Source: Gekko japonicus
Lineage: Eukaryota
Assembly: GCF_001447785.1 (NCBI RefSeq)
Contig: NW_015164664.1
Location: 2,584,536 to 2,648,535 of the forward strand
Direction of reading: 5' to 3'
Length of the DNA stretch: 64,000 bases
Part shown: positions 24,401-37,404 of the stretch, in pieces
Layout of the letters: each line of letters begins with the position of its first letter
Numbering within the stretch: position 1 is the first letter of the stretch
Notes under the pieces: generated by a model
Told to the model about the DNA's origin: nothing
Database searches by the model: none
Seen by the model: the letters and a program-made list of their open reading frames with translations, nothing else
Program-made: the position numbers and the translations under genes

Positions 24401-27400
24401 GTATGGACCTGATGAAGGCACCGGACCTTGTCACCTGTTCAGGAGGGCACCGCAGGACCCTATCACAGCGGCCAGGTGAGTGAGCCAGCAGGGACTCGGA
24501 CAGAGGCATGGAAAGGTGGTTAACTGACAGCCAGAGGAGGCAGAGGGTCAAAAAATTAGGGTGCCATGGCAAAAGCACAGGAGGCAGAGCAGTGGAGATC
24601 ATATCTCCTCACTCTTGGAGGTTCAGTCGGCCTCTTTTGGAACTTAAACTTTAAAACTTCCATGGTCGTCAGTTTCTGCTAAAGGTTCAAAGCCTGAGCT
24701 GGTTCTAGGATGCCCCCATGGACAGGCTGGGACCTGAAGACTGTCCCGTGGATTTCAAACCCCTGGCATGTAGCTGCATGCCCCGAGAATGGAACAGGCC
24801 TGGGAAAGGGCTGAGCAAAGAGGGCCAAAGGCAGGAGATGCTACAGAGCTCCTTTGCAGGAAGGGAATGCCTTCTGTCTTTCCAGAGCCTTCTTCCCTCA
24901 GTTCCCTCTGCAAAAGCTCCTCTTTTCAGCCACGCTGAGCAAGGATCCAGAGAAGCTGCAGCAACTGGGCCTCTATAAGCCTTGCCTCTTTACTTCTGTC
25001 TACTCCAAGACGCAGCCTGGTGGCACTGCAGTGCAGCAGGAGACTGAGAAGAATTACACCCTCCCCGAGGGGCTCTCGGTAAGAAATGTGGCTTTTATCA
25101 CCATGGTGATACACGTGATTGGCGCAAAGTCTGGTACCTCCTCTGACCGAAGAAGTGGCAGCACATTTGGGGAAAGCCCAAGTCTGCTAGCTGGACGTGT
25201 GTGTATGTGTGACATGGGTCTTTTACAGGAAGGCGATGACCAGGGTCCCGAAGATATAAATAGAGGTCCATACTTCAGCCAGGTCCCTGGAACTTCAGGG
25301 CATGGGCCAGGCAAGGGCAAAAGTCCTTGTTAACAGCAGAGGGGCTTGGCTTGGGAAGCTATTAACGCAACAGTTCAGAAAACAAGGCAAGAGAGTCAGC
25401 AAATGTTTGGTGGCTTCCCAGGCCAACTGATTACACTATCTGTATGTGTTCAGTGTTCTGTGGTTATTTCCTGGGATGCTGGTTTTGGGATTGAGCCTCT
25501 GTGATTTCTGGGTGGAGATCTTGTGGACCAAACACACCACCAGCTTTTTGAAATGAATAGAAACATTTTCAGAAATAAGAGCCATGACTCCTACATCAGT
25601 AACTTGTACTTAAGATATTAAAACCTGAAACCTTGAAGTGGAACAGAAGTTCATATCGCTGGTGGCAAAAATGCACTGAGTGGTTTTTTAAATTGGCATT
25701 TGAAAATTAGATTCTTTTAATGGTGACCATGAATGCCATCCAGTTGAGGAGCATGAGCATGATGCCCCGATCCTGCCAAGGGAAACCAGAGCTCTGTGGG
25801 CAGTGGCTGTTTGTTCTTGTTTCCAGTGGCTGTTTGTTCTTGTTTCCTGTAGCAATATTATGTGCCCTGCAGCCTGCAATCCAAGCCGCTGCTCCTTCTG
25901 CATTTTCTGCTGAGAATGAAGTTCAGCCGAGTGCTGTGTTTCACAAACAGCAAAGAAACTTCCCACAGGTGAGTACTGAGCTTGACACTTTGCTAGGCTG
26001 GCTTGCATCTTGGCTAAGCCAGCCAGAGAGTATCTCTCTCTTTCTCTCACCCTTTCCCCAGGTTGTTCCTGCTAGTTCGAGCCTTTGGTGGTGTGAATGT
26101 GGCAGAGTTTTCTTCCCGGCTGAGTCCAGCAGAGAGAAAACGGACCCTGAAGGAGTTTGAACAAGGGAAGATCCAGCTGTGAGTGTCCACTGAAAGCTTG
26201 AGAGTGGAGCTGTTCCATGCCACAAAACTGCAAAACTGTCCATTAATTGCAGAGTGTGGGTGGGTTTGTTTTTATCTGTCTCTTTCTCCAAGGAGTTGAG
26301 CACTGCAAACAAGCTTAGATGCACCAATCCCTACATCACACTGGTTCTTCAGTTATCAACAGACTTGAGGGAGGGAGGTTGTGTTGCACCCTCCAAGTTT
26401 GCATTAGGAAGTTCCTGGTCTTTTGTAAACCTTGCATCAGCCTTGCCTCTGTTTCTAAATATGAAAAGTCATTGCTGCTAATCTATGCAGGTGTCTGGGA
26501 GGGCTGAACCTCCGCTCTGTATGGTGATGGTCTGACATGGTTAGAGATGTCCTGACCTGGATAGCCCTGGCTAGTCCAATCTCCCCAGATCTCAGAAGCT
26601 GAGTCGGCTCTGGTCAGTACTTGGATGGGAGACCACCAAAGAAGTCCAGGGTCGCTGCGCAGAGGCATACAATGGCAAACCAACTGTGAATGTCTCTGGA
26701 GTTGCCATAAGTCAGTTGTGACCTGACAACAACAAACAAAAAAGATCTTTCGAAATCACAATATTAATAATAACATGGTGGCGGTAGAAAGTGCTGTCAA
26801 GTTATAGCTGACTTATGGTGACCCAGTAGGGTTTTCAAGGCACAAGACATTCACAGGGGGTTTGCCATTGCCTGACTCTCGCGTCATGACCCCGGTATTC
26901 CTTGGAGGTCTCCCTTTCAAATTCTGACCAGGGCTGACCCTGCTTAGCTTTCTAGATCTGAGAGGACCAGGCTAGCCTGGGCTATCCAGGCCAGGGATAA
27001 TAATAGCACAATCTGCACACAGCAGTGAATTAATTGTTCAAATAATTCACCTTGGCATGCAGAAGGTTCCAGGTTCAGTCCCCTGGCATCGCCAGTTAAA
27101 AGGACCAGGCAGTAGGTGATGTGAAAAATCTCCGCCTGAGACCCTGGAGAGCCGTTGCCAGTCTGAGTAGACGGTGCTGACCTTGGGGGACCGATTGTCT
27201 GATTCAGTGTAAGGCAGCTACATGTGTTCGTGTGAGATCTGTAGATTGGCAATCATACCCAGATACCCAGATCTACTGTGTTACTGTTTGGGCTGTGGCA
27301 AGGCAAGCACTTAGTATCTTTCTTTTCAAACAGCTTAATCAGCACGGATGCCACCGCTCGAGGAATTGACATCGAAGGAGTGAAATGTGTAATCAGCTAC

Positions 27401-28829
27401 GATGCCCCTCAGTTTATCAGGAGCTACATTCACCGGTAATGTCTCCCAAGAAAAAGGTTTTTCCCCCAAAAGGTTTGGATTTGTTTGCTCCTGAGAGCTT
27501 GAAATCAGCGATGCATCACTTACTGCAGTGTAGGCTGACCAGAACTGCTGGTGAAGTGGGTCATTCTTCTGCTGTCTTCTTTCAGGGTGGGCAGAACAGC
27601 TCGTGCTGGAAGAGCCGGCCTGGCCTTCACCATGCTGCTGAAAGTGCAGGTATGTTGTCTGCTGGTTTCTCCCCAAACTTTGCACCTGGTATCAACTGTG
27701 TTGGCTGCAGAGGCAAGTTTCTTGCTTGCTCTGCTTCCAAGAAGAGTTTCAGATGTCCTCGCAAGACTTGGGGTAGCAACATCCCTGAAAAGGGAACCTG
27801 CAGGGTTTATGGTGGGTACAGGACAGAAGATGTGATTCCTGTATGCCTCACTCAGTTGCAGGGCATTTTCTAAGACCCCTTTAGTGTCTCGGGAAGGGGG
27901 TCTCCTTGTCCAGGAACACAAATTCCTCAAGATGCTAAAAGAATTTAAAAAAAAGAAGGAAAAAAAAGATGCTAAAAGAAGCCCTCTCTCCTTGTCCAGG
28001 AACACAAATTCCTCAAGATGCTAAAAGAAGCCGGCCTTCCTGAGTTGGAACAGCAGCCAGTGAAGAGCGAGACCCTCAAGCCTCTCCTCCAGCAGTATGA
28101 GGAAGCCCTGGCTGAACTTCAGAGTGTTGTCAAGGTACCGCTGGCTTCTGGGAGGGGACCTCAGCTGTGGACAAAGGGAGGAGCCTGTCACTTGGGAGTC
28201 ACCGGCAGAAGCAACAGAAGTGGAAGAAACAGCCAGGCATAGCTGAGAGCTAAAGGCCAGGCCTCAAGGCCACTGTATGGGGTAGCCTTGGCAATTTTAG
28301 AGAGCACCAGGCCTGCACTGAGTGAGTGTGGTGTGTCTGCGCTCACAGGCAGAAGACGGGGCTGAGGGACAGTGTAGCAGTCAGAACTGGAAGAAAAGTG
28401 ATGGTGGATTTCTGAATATGTGGAATTGCTGCAGGTGGAAAGCTTCCACCAGCAGGCTGAGAAGTCTGGGCCTTGCTCTGTGTTCCAAGGTAGCGGGGAT
28501 CGAGGCTGGAGATTGGCAGGAGAATCAGGATGGTGTGGTGCACTGCCATGTTGTACTAAGACTGGTGGGTGGCCATGAAGCTTGCTGTACATCCTTGAGC
28601 AGTCATTTAACTCTCTAATTTGCTGTAGTGGCAGTAAAGTTGGGGGTTGGGTGGGGAATAAAATATTGATAAAATAAGTTAATATAAAATATGAAGTGCC
28701 ACTGGCTAACTTTGATTCCCTTCATGAAACTGTTCCAAAAAGTTGCTTACTCAAGCCCTCTGAGAACATTAGTCAGGCTTGACTGCTTCTTTGTCTCCAC
28801 AGGAGGAGCAAGCCATGAAGCGATTCTGA
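15258..28829 (+). CDS. DDX51: DEAD-box RNA helicase DDX51 (Dbp6 orthologue), ~687 aa; exons 15258-15280, 17343-17707, 18399-18589, 18981-19131, 19947-20092, 20993-21064, 22418-22524, 23064-23172, 24330-24475, 24886-25078, 25853-25968, 26062-26178, 27334-27435, 27586-27649, 28000-28134, 28803-28829
   Basis: N-terminus MALFLVQRY; motifs [23 protein letters not shown](H)L, DEAD ([10 protein letters not shown]), [18 protein letters not shown]; all 16 exons phase-compatible (2064 nt); AATAAA 29315-29320. Confidence 0.95.
15428..16692 (-). mobile_element. 5'-truncated BovB/RTE LINE in DDX51 intron 1 (reverse-transcriptase C-terminal half, frameshifted)
   Basis: ORFs 15855-16616 and 15440-15931 give the RT motifs [25 protein letters not shown] and the RTE C-terminus [26 protein letters not shown]; (CAA)n tail; frameshift near 15900. 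Confidence 0.92.
17929..18095. repeat. Near-perfect inverted repeat (80-bp arms, 7-nt spacer)
   Basis: 17929-18008 is the reverse complement of 18016-18095 with 3 differences. Confidence 0.92.
22061..22323 (+). mobile_element. tRNA-derived SINE (Squam3-like)
   Basis: Same family as 4649-4919: A/B boxes and CTCTTCTTC tail. Confidence 0.78.
23925..24158 (-). mobile_element. tRNA-derived SINE (Squam3-like, shorter variant)
   Basis: Reverse complement of the same family, lacking the central ~25-40 nt segment. Confidence 0.72.
26550..26735 (+). mobile_element. 5S rRNA-derived SINE
   Basis: GATCTCAGAAGCTGAG...GGTCAGTACTTGGATGGGAGACC resembles the 5S internal control region (A/IE/C boxes), followed by a non-5S body. 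Confidence 0.72.
26785..26995 (-). mobile_element. 5S rRNA-derived SINE, inverted relative to 26550-26735
   Basis: Reverse complement reads CCTGGCCTGGATAGCCCAGGCTAG...GATCTAGAAAGCTAAGCAGGGTCAG...GGGAGACCTCCAAGGAATACCGGG. Confidence 0.72.
27050..27229 (+). mobile_element. tRNA-derived SINE of a second family (5'-eroded)
   Basis: GCATGCAGAAGGTTCCAGGTTCAGTCCCCTGGCATC is a tRNA-like 3' half with B box, followed by a CR1-like 3' segment. Confidence 0.55.
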
Positions 28830-30404
28830 GCAGCCAAGGGAACGGGTGCTGTGTGCTTCGCTGGTGTGAAAAACAAGCAGGGACTGGAGGATTTTGTGAT
28901 CACAGGCGGGGCCCTGGCCTCAGGAGTGGTAGCATTTGAAAGCAGATACCATTACCAGCTCCCTGGAGAATGGAGAAGTGAAAGAGGAACATCCTGTTCA
29001 TCTAAAACTTGAGCAGAATGAGCTGCCAGTCTCCCTTAATTCTTAAGTTGCTGTTCTCAGTCTTAGAAGACCAGCAGGACGTTTTTAGACAAGAGGCTCT
29101 TTCCCAGTGGGGCTTTAACCCAGCCTGATTGAAACAGCAGAGTCTCCAGCCTGTTCCTGAGAGTGGACTGACTCCTGTTCAGCCTTCCTGACCGAGTGGG
29201 AGCTCCTGCATTGCCTTGTCTTCTTACCACGATATCTTATGTCCGGTTGTGCTTCCAGCAGTGACTACTGGTGCTCCACATGAAGTGCACTTTCAATGCG
29301 GGAAATGTTATTTAAATAAATATTGCCTTATGTTTCTTGGTGTGAGCAAGATTTTTCCCTTGGAGAATTTGTGTTTGTGAATGAGATGGTTAATGGGTGT
29401 ACTTAAAACAAACTTGGGAGCATAGGAATGTTGCAAAACTGCCCAAACACACTATTTCCAGAAGTGGTTAGTATACATGTGGCCATGCTCCATTTAGTGA
29501 GACTAAATCACAGGTTTAAATTTCACATTATATGAAAAATCACTTCTTTTTGTCCATCTGTTGCCAATCAACTTGGATGATTCTCACTTTTAATAATAAG
29601 AAGGATCTTTTTTCCTTCACTCTCCCTGCCTAATTTTTATAGGTTTGTTTTATTTTTGTATATTGATAGTTTATTATGATATTATGGTGGGTTAACGTGT
29701 AAACCACCTTGAGCAGAACTCTGGACAGGCAAAATAAAAACTTCCTAAATAAGTCCATAGCTCTTTTCATTGTGGAGACATAAGGGGAAATGCCTGTCTC
29801 CATAATGAAAAGGGGTAGAGACTTTAAAAAATGAAAGCTGTGAATTCAGAGAATCTGATGTCATAACATTGTAATGATATTTCAGTTGCCAAATTTAAAA
29901 ATCTGAAAAGCCTCCTCTTAGTACTGCAGGGGATGGAGGAATGTAAAAATGTATCATTGGTGCAACTCCAGGTTCTCTGGATTCTGTTAAGTTTGAGGAA
30001 GGCAACAGAGAAACCCACTGCAACATAATCTCAGTTTTCTGGTGCAAATTTAATTGTGGGGCTGCTGGAGGGAACTGAAACACGAGGGATTACTGTAACA
30101 GGATTTACAGACAGCCCTACAGTCTTCCCTGCAGCCTTGGAGTTGCTTTGCCCTTTTGCTTAAAGAGCCACCACCCTTCCTTATTTGGCAGAAATCCAGG
30201 CTTCTCTGAAATTTCACCACTACCATCCCTGGGAAAACAAGCTTCACATGATTGTTGGTGGGTGGAGAAAGAGAATAGAGTCCCAGGTTCATGATTGGTC
30301 CGAAGCAGCTGGCCAAGTTACAAGAGGTGCTGTGGAGACCAGTGCCTGGACTTTAGAACACTGTTCTCATCCTTGCCTGCTTTTTTTCTCCTGTACCTGT
30401 TGCC

Positions 30405-33400
30405 ATGGGCCTGGAGCTTTACTTGGACCTGGTCTCCCAGCCTTGTCGATCTGTCTACATCTTTGCCAAGAAAAACGGCATTCCTTTTGAGTTCAAGCAT
30501 GTGCTGCTATTCAAAGGTGAGAGAGGGAGCTGGGTCCATAAGCTAGACTTAGGGGTGTCTTGTTTTGCACAGTCAGTAACCCTTGAGTTTAACCGTCGGA
30601 GCAATTGTGCCCTTGGTGGAAAACATGGCCAGGGATGGGGGTCTTTTCATCCAAACCAGGTGTGAGTTCCATTAATCTACATTAAGGGTTTTGTGTGTAT
30701 TCGGGGCTAATTAACATTGATTTGAGGAAGAAATGTCCTTTCTGTGCATATTTGACCGTGGTGTGGGTTGAAATGGAATTCTGGTCAGCAAACTAATATC
30801 TTCAGGGGTAACTGAGAGCATGATAAGCCATTCACTGTGCCGGTGCTTTCACTGATGCATGTGGTTTGGATTATGAGAGTTGGTCTGTGTGTGGTCTTTC
30901 CTACACTGTGAGTGGCCTTGCCGGGCTGGGTGGTCTTTTGTTTTTTCTTTCCCAGTTAATGCTACGATCAGGTGATCTTTGTTTCTTTTTTTTGTTTCTT
31001 TTTTTTGTTCAAAACTTTTATTTTTGGATATAATATCACATTGAACATTTAGTTTCCCTTCGCAAATACCCATATTTCCCTTCCCTCCCTATCTAGTGGC
31101 TTCCCGCAGTGCTCTACCCTACTTCACTTTATATTTCTTATACTTATTTCAACATTCTAAATTCCATTACAAGATAACATTTCTGTCAATATTGTTCTAA
31201 ATGCAATAAACTACGCTTAACATCCCAGTTTCCCTCTAGGTAGTCCTTTAAGTCCTTCCAGTCTTCAAAAAATTCTTGGTCTTCTTTGTTGTTCAACTTT
31301 CTTGTTATTTTGTCCATTTCCGCCATAAATAACACTTTTTGTATCCAGTCTGAGATCTCGGGCGTTTTCTCTTGTTTCCAGCATTGTGCATACACCATTC
31401 TTGCCGTTGTTATCAGGTACCAAAACGTAATCTTTTTTTGTATATTTAACTCATCTATTTTCAATCCTAGCAATAAAATCTCTGGTTCTTTTTTAAAACT
31501 ACATTTAAACATTTTCTGCATTTCACAATGAATTTTTGACCAGAAATCTATCGCTTTTTCACACGTCCACCAAGGTGATCTTTGTTTCTAAAATATGCAG
31601 TGGTGAGTTCAATCTGACAATGAGGAAAGAATCAGATGTATACAGACTAAATTAATATAGATGGATGAATTTGGGTGGGTGGAAGCAGCTGTATGCAGGA
31701 CTCTTGATTTGTGTGAGGATCTTGAGTGTGAAGTACAGTTTAGCTGTGCACATGTGCGTGAGAGAGAAGTTGGAAGGATTCAAGTCTCTGCTTTACTGTT
31801 TCCTCACAATCCCCCCCCTTTTGTATATAGATATATGGTATGAGCTAGTTTGGTGTAGTGGTTAAGTGCACGGACTCTAATCTGGGAAAACCGGGTTTGA
31901 TTCCCCACGCCTCCACTTTCACCTGCTGGATGACCTTGGCCAAGCCATAGTTCTGGCACAGCTATCCTTGAAAAAGAGCAGTTTCTGTCAGAGCTCTCTC
32001 AGCCCCACCTACCTCACAGGGTGTCTGTTGTGGGGAGGGGGAGGGAAAGGAGTTTGTAAGCCGCTCTGAGACTCCTTTGGGTAGTGAAGGGCAGGGTATA
32101 ACTCCAATCTCTTCTTCTTCTTCTTCTTAAAAAAGAGCAGTTTCTCTCAGAGCTCTCTCAGGCCCACCTACCTCGCAGGGTGTCTGTTGTGGGGAGGGGG
32201 AGGGAAAGGAGTTTGTAAGCCGCTCTGAGACTCCTTTGGGTACTGAAGGGCAGGGTATCAATCCAATCTCCTCTTCTTGTGCATGCATTTCCTGCTGTCT
32301 CACAGATCACTGGAAAATGCACACATCAGCTTTTTTCCATGGCGTGTTAAGGGCATTTGGCATGCACACAAAAAAGTGGCTTATACCTGGCAATTGCATA
32401 TGCGATTCCACCCCTTGCTTGTTCTTTGCAACACCTCTGTTATGTGTGAGTGAATGCTAGTAGCTGGCTTAGGAGAAATGACAGGCAAACACCTGCACAA
32501 AACCCAAGTGCACCCAATGAAGACGGGAGCACAGAATTGGGTGCTATATAAGCTGTGTGAGCGAGCCAGTATCTATCTCTTGGCACTCCTTGTTGCTGAG
32601 CAGCCACTATTGACTCCTCTTGTAAACCTACCTAGGGCAACACAAGACTGAAGAGTTTGCCAAGGTGAACGTCCTCGGGAAAGTGCCAGCTCTGAAAGAT
32701 GCTGACTTCACCTTATCAGAGAGGTAAGAATTGTGTGACGTTGAAGAGTTCCGGGAATGGAGATCATACAGTTTCTGCTAAACTTCTGCAGTGTCTGCAG
32801 CAAGGCTTCTCAAGCTTTTTAAGCCTCTGGGCACTTCTGGAGGTTAGAAACAGGGCAGTGGGTGCCACTACAAAACAGTAGCTGCAGGAGGTAGGGCCAG
32901 TCACAAAATGGCTACCAAGGGGAGCAATCACAAGAGGTTGGGAGGTCTGGAGCCAAGCTTCCTCCTTTGGGGATGGGGAGATATTTTTGATGTGATGTCT
33001 TCTGAAGCACCCCCTGCTCCATTGTGGTAGAGGAAAGCTAGGATTGACTTTTTTGCTTTGGAGATGAAGCAAGTGGTTTCCAGGGTACACACTAGCATGG
33101 TGTTCTTGGGCACCCCAGGTTCTATCAGAACTGCAGAAATCTCTGCTCTCTCCTTTTTTGCATTTGAATCAATTCCAAGGCCTTGTAGTTGCAGAAAGAG
33201 GGGTTGCTGTGCAGTTTGCAAAAAGTTGATAGCAGTTTTGAAACACAGGTTTCTCTTTACTTTTAGTGTGCTGGCAGTACTACCGCAAAATAGGTGGTAC
33301 CAGCTATGCCTGAGTAAATTCTACACTTGTGCAAACTTAGCTGCTAATCAAACCATTGCATCTGTTGCTTCAGGCTCATTCTAGAGTGACAGTGGAGGCC

Positions 33401-36400
33401 CTTCAGGATCCTTCTAGCTTTTCTGGAGAGTAGTTTATAGAATTGGCCTCTTGTTTTCTGGTGCATCAGTCTGCTTCTCTTTTATTGTCCCCACAACTTA
33501 CTTGCTTTCTCCCCCCTTTCCCTCTCTGGAACAGCATCGCTATCCTTTTGTACCTAGCAAGGAAATTCAAGACCCCAGATCACTGGTACCCCTCTGATCT
33601 GCAGAAACGAGCCCGTGTGGATGAGTATCTGTCTTGGCAGCACGTGGCCACTCGTTTGTGTGGAACCAAAGTGTTCCTGATCAAGGTAAGGAATATGCAA
33701 GTCTTCTTAAGGAGCACGGGGCCAAATTGAAGGAGAGCAATTGTTTGCAGTGCCCAGAAGGTTGGTAGGTATTTTAAGTGTGAAATAAAGCAGTAAGATG
33801 GTGCTGCTTCACACCGTCAAACTAGAGCAAAGAGCTCATCAAAGTGGAATGTCAAAGACCTTGGGTTCGAGGCAGAATCTGCATAAGCAGCATCAGCTGT
33901 GGGATTTTGCCTGTAGTGCTTGGGCTCACAAAGTGCGGTTAAAAAACACTCTTCCTGTGCTTGGAAAATATCCTCTCATAATCTTCCTGAAATCAGTGGA
34001 CAACTATCTACCAGAGAAGGGCACTTCCCTGGACAGGTAGCAGGAGGAGGGGAGACTGGGGAATGTTTGGAGACCCTCTTGCTGAGAACCACAGTGCTTG
34101 GGTGGAAAGATCTGAAAGTTCATATGGCCAGCCTTCAGGTGGTAGCTGGAGATCTCCCGCTATGATTTCCTGGTGACAGAGATCGGTTCACCTGGAGAAA
34201 ATGGCTGCTTTGGAAGGTGGACTCTATGGCATTATACCCCATTGAAGTCCCTCCCCTCCCCAAACCTTCCCCTCTTCAGGCCCCACCCCCAAACTCTCCA
34301 GGCATTTTCCAACCTGGAGCTGGCAGTCCTAATGGTCTGAAATCAGGGGTCATTTCCTGCAGGAGCGCACAGGAGCGGAGCTCCGGCAGTAAAGAACCCA
34401 GGGGGTGGGCACATGCAACAATCCCCACCCCCTGCTCCCAGCAGCCCTCAGTCAGAGCAAGAAGCAGCCAGGTAAATTGCAGAGCTCCCCCCCCCAGTCC
34501 AAAACAGTCCAGTGGCACCTTTAAGACCAAGTTTTATTCAGGTACCAGCTCTCCCTCCTCTGCGAGGACAGATCTGCACGGTTCCCCCCCACCCAATAGC
34601 TAGCAATCCAAAACAGTCCAGTGGAGCCTGAGCGTTGTTGCCTTCTGACACACTTCTGGTGATGTCAGGGTGTGTGGCATATGCAAATAACTTTTGCTAA
34701 TGAGCTCCTGCACCTCTTTTTCTATGAAATGACCCCTGCCTGAAATAATCAGCCTTGATAGCCCAGCCTCACAATCTGATCTCCAGGCAACAGAGATCAA
34801 TTCACCCAGAGGAAATGGTCACTTTGGAAAACAGATTCTATGGCACTATGCACCATTGAAGTTCCTCCCCAAGCCCCACCCTCCTCAGTCTCTTCCCCCT
34901 AAATCTCCAGGTATTTCCCAACATGGGGTTGACAACTCTACCAATATTATCAGCCTGGAAGCCTAAGCAGGGTCGGCCATGTTTAGTACTTGGATGGGAA
35001 ACCACCAAGGAAGACGCAGATTGTTATGCAGAGGAAGGCAATGGCAAACCACCTCTGCTCATTTCTTGTGTGGAACACCCCATAGTCCTGGGGTCACCAT
35101 CCAGGCCTGTAGCTACAGTGGGGCATCTTGGGGCCGGGCCCCTCCACTCACCACCCAGGCCTCCCAGCTTTTTTAAATTTTACTTTTTGCTGAGCCATTA
35201 CCCTTTCCTGAGAGTGCCAACTAGCTCGGCAGCTGGTAGTGGTAGCCCTGTGGGTAGGACATGGCTGGGCTGGGGGCCGGGCAGAGAGCACTGCCACTGC
35301 TGCCGCCGCTGCTGCCAACGAGTACCTCACAGCCTTCCCACCATCAGCAGTAGGTGGGCACCTTAGCAAGGGGACCTGTCTGTCATGGCCTCCTGGTTGT
35401 CTCAGCCTCACAGTAGGGAAGGTCAGTGAGGCTAAAATTCTAGAGATGCCACTGGTGTGTGCAGGTGAGGAATTGGCTTTTCTTATTCTCAGGAGTGCAA
35501 ACTGACATCAGCTCCTCCCGGGTGAGTCAAGGGGGATCCCGGGAATAGTTGGCTCACGGGCGTGTGTGCGGGGATGCCCCCTGACTTATTTAAATACCCT
35601 TCACCATCTTTGTCTTGATGACATAATCATTATTAATTAAAGCCTGAAAAAGAAGGTTATTGCATTTTTACCCCGCCCTCCCAGCCAAGGCTGGCTCAGG
35701 TCGAATTAAAAACATGGGCCCGGCTAAATCAGAGTAGGAGCCTCTTTTTTTTCAAGCAAGAGGGGAGAATGAGGCAGGAATAAATGGCCAAGCATGTGAA
35801 ACTGGCTGTCCCCTTTCCCCTTCTAGGGATGCCAGCCTCCAGGTGAGACCTGAGGATCCCCTGGAATTACAACTTATTGCAAGGCTATAGAGATCAGTCC
35901 CCCTGGAGAAAATGGGTGTTTTGGAGGGTGGGCTCTCTGGCATTGTACCCGTGTCCTCCCCAGGCCGCATCCCCAAATCTCCAGGAGTTTTGGAACCTGA
36001 CTCTGGCTACCCTACCCCCCATCCCCCACCAGAGGCTAGGACCTGGCAACCCCACTCCCTTCTTGTGCCTTCCTGGCTGCTGCAGTGTGAGCATGTTAAG
36101 AGCAGCACCTAGCAAGGTACAAGTTCTAAATTTCTCCCTTCCTCCTCCTTTCTTGGCTAGGCCTTAGCACCCATTTTTTTGGACGAGCCGCTTCCACCTG
36201 CCAAGTTAAATGGTGCCCTTGAAGATCTGAATGGAGTCCTGAAGCAGTTTGAAGAGAAGTTCCTCCAGGACAGGCCGTTCATCGTAGGCAATGAGATCTC
36301 TTTGGCAGACCTGGTGGCCATTGTGGAACTCATGCAGGTGAGCACTTCAGTGTCTGATGACAGGAAACAATTCTGGATGCCCCTGGCAAACAGGCCCCTC

Positions 36401-37247
36401 GCAGAGTTGCCACAAGGAAGCTCTGCAGTCTGGGGAGGGAGGGGATGTCTGCCTCTTTGTGGGACCTTGACTCTTGACCATATTTAAATAAGCATCACAT
36501 TAAGAAGGAAAGGAAGGGGAGGAAACAAAAGTACAAAGTCTTCAGTGTATTCAGTGGGATTCTTTCTTTATTCCACCTCAGCACGGCAAACCAGAGACCG
36601 ATAGAGAGATGCGTATTAGAAAAGGAATTCACCAGTGTGCTAAAGGGGGAAAGCTTCTCTAGGAATCCAGACTCTCTTACTTTAACTCTGCTGGACCTCC
36701 TGATGGCACCTGGTATTTTTGGCCACCATGTCACAGAGTGTTGGACTGGGTGGGCCATTGGCCTGATCCAGCATTGGTTTCTCTTATGTTCTTTTCTTAA
36801 CTGGAAGACATAGCAGTTGCTCTTTTGGGACACAAAATCCTTTTCTATTATGTCAAGCAAGCAAATTGTTAAAGTAGGAATCCAAAATCACTCAGACACT
36901 TCCAGCTGTTGTTGAAGCCCTGAAAGATGTTAGCCTGGACCAGCAAGTCATAGCTTGAAGTAACTGAAGTAGGTGACCTTTAAACTGGCCGTGAAAATGT
37001 GAAGATGCCACCCCATTTGCCTGCTTAACCCATTTTCTCACTGCAGCCCGTGGCAGCTGGCTGTGATGTCTTTGAAGGCAGGCCCAAGATGGCAGCGTGG
37101 CGCCGCCGAGTAGAGGAAGCCATTGGCAAGGACCTCTTCCTGGAAGCCCACGAGCCGATCTTAAAGCCCAAGGATATGACCACAGAGAGTCTCCCTCCTG
37201 AAGTAAAGGAGCAGCTGAAGCAAAGTCTGTTAAAGTATCTGAAATGA
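30405..37247 (+). CDS. GSTT1L: Glutathione S-transferase theta, paralogue A (GSTT1-like), 242 aa; exons 30405-30516, 32636-32723, 33535-33685, 36161-36337, 37047-37247
   Basis: MGLELYLDLVSQPCR (catalytic Ser), GQH...KVPALKD...ESIAIL, PDHWYPSDLQKRARVDEYL, SLADLVA; 112/88/151/177/201-nt exons; AATAAA 37274-37279. Symbol is a best guess. Confidence 0.92.
30987..31572 (-). mobile_element. 5'-truncated L1-clade LINE in GSTT-A intron 1
   Basis: ORF 31186-31521 resembles an ORF2 C-terminus (ILLLG...TTARMVYAQCWKQEKTP..W); AATAAA and A-rich tail on the - strand; 17-bp TSD AGGTGATCTTTGTTTCT at 30970-30986 and 31573-31589. Confidence 0.85.
31841..32278 (+). mobile_element. Squam3-like SINE followed by a tandem copy of its own 3' half
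   Basis: Full copy 31841-32128 with (TTC)n tail, then AAAAAGAGCAGTTTCT...CCAATCTCCTCTTCT repeated at 32129-32278. Confidence 0.8.
34344..34738. mobile_element. hAT-type MITE
   Basis: TIRs CAGGGGTCATTTC / GAAATGACCCCTG; 8-bp TSD TCTGAAAT / CCTGAAAT. Confidence 0.78.
34955..35100 (+). mobile_element. 5S rRNA-derived SINE fragment
   Basis: GGAAGCCTAAGCAGGGTCGGCCATGTTTAGTACTTGGATGGGAAACC resembles 5S; body as at 26550. Confidence 0.62.
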
Positions 37248-37404
37248 AGCCCCTGAAGGGGCAACTCTCTCTCAATAAAGCTCTTGGTCTCCTCTGTATT
37301 GCTTTCATTGTGATATAGCTGTATAGATGCCTTCTCTCTCTCTCTGCTGCTCAGGACAGACAATGCCTCTTTTTAGTTAGGGTGAAAGGATCCTTGTTCT
37401 AGAG

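Noticed and set aside
26580-26640. Possible 5S rRNA gene
   Set aside because: Partial, diverged and joined to a shared non-5S body, so it is a SINE.
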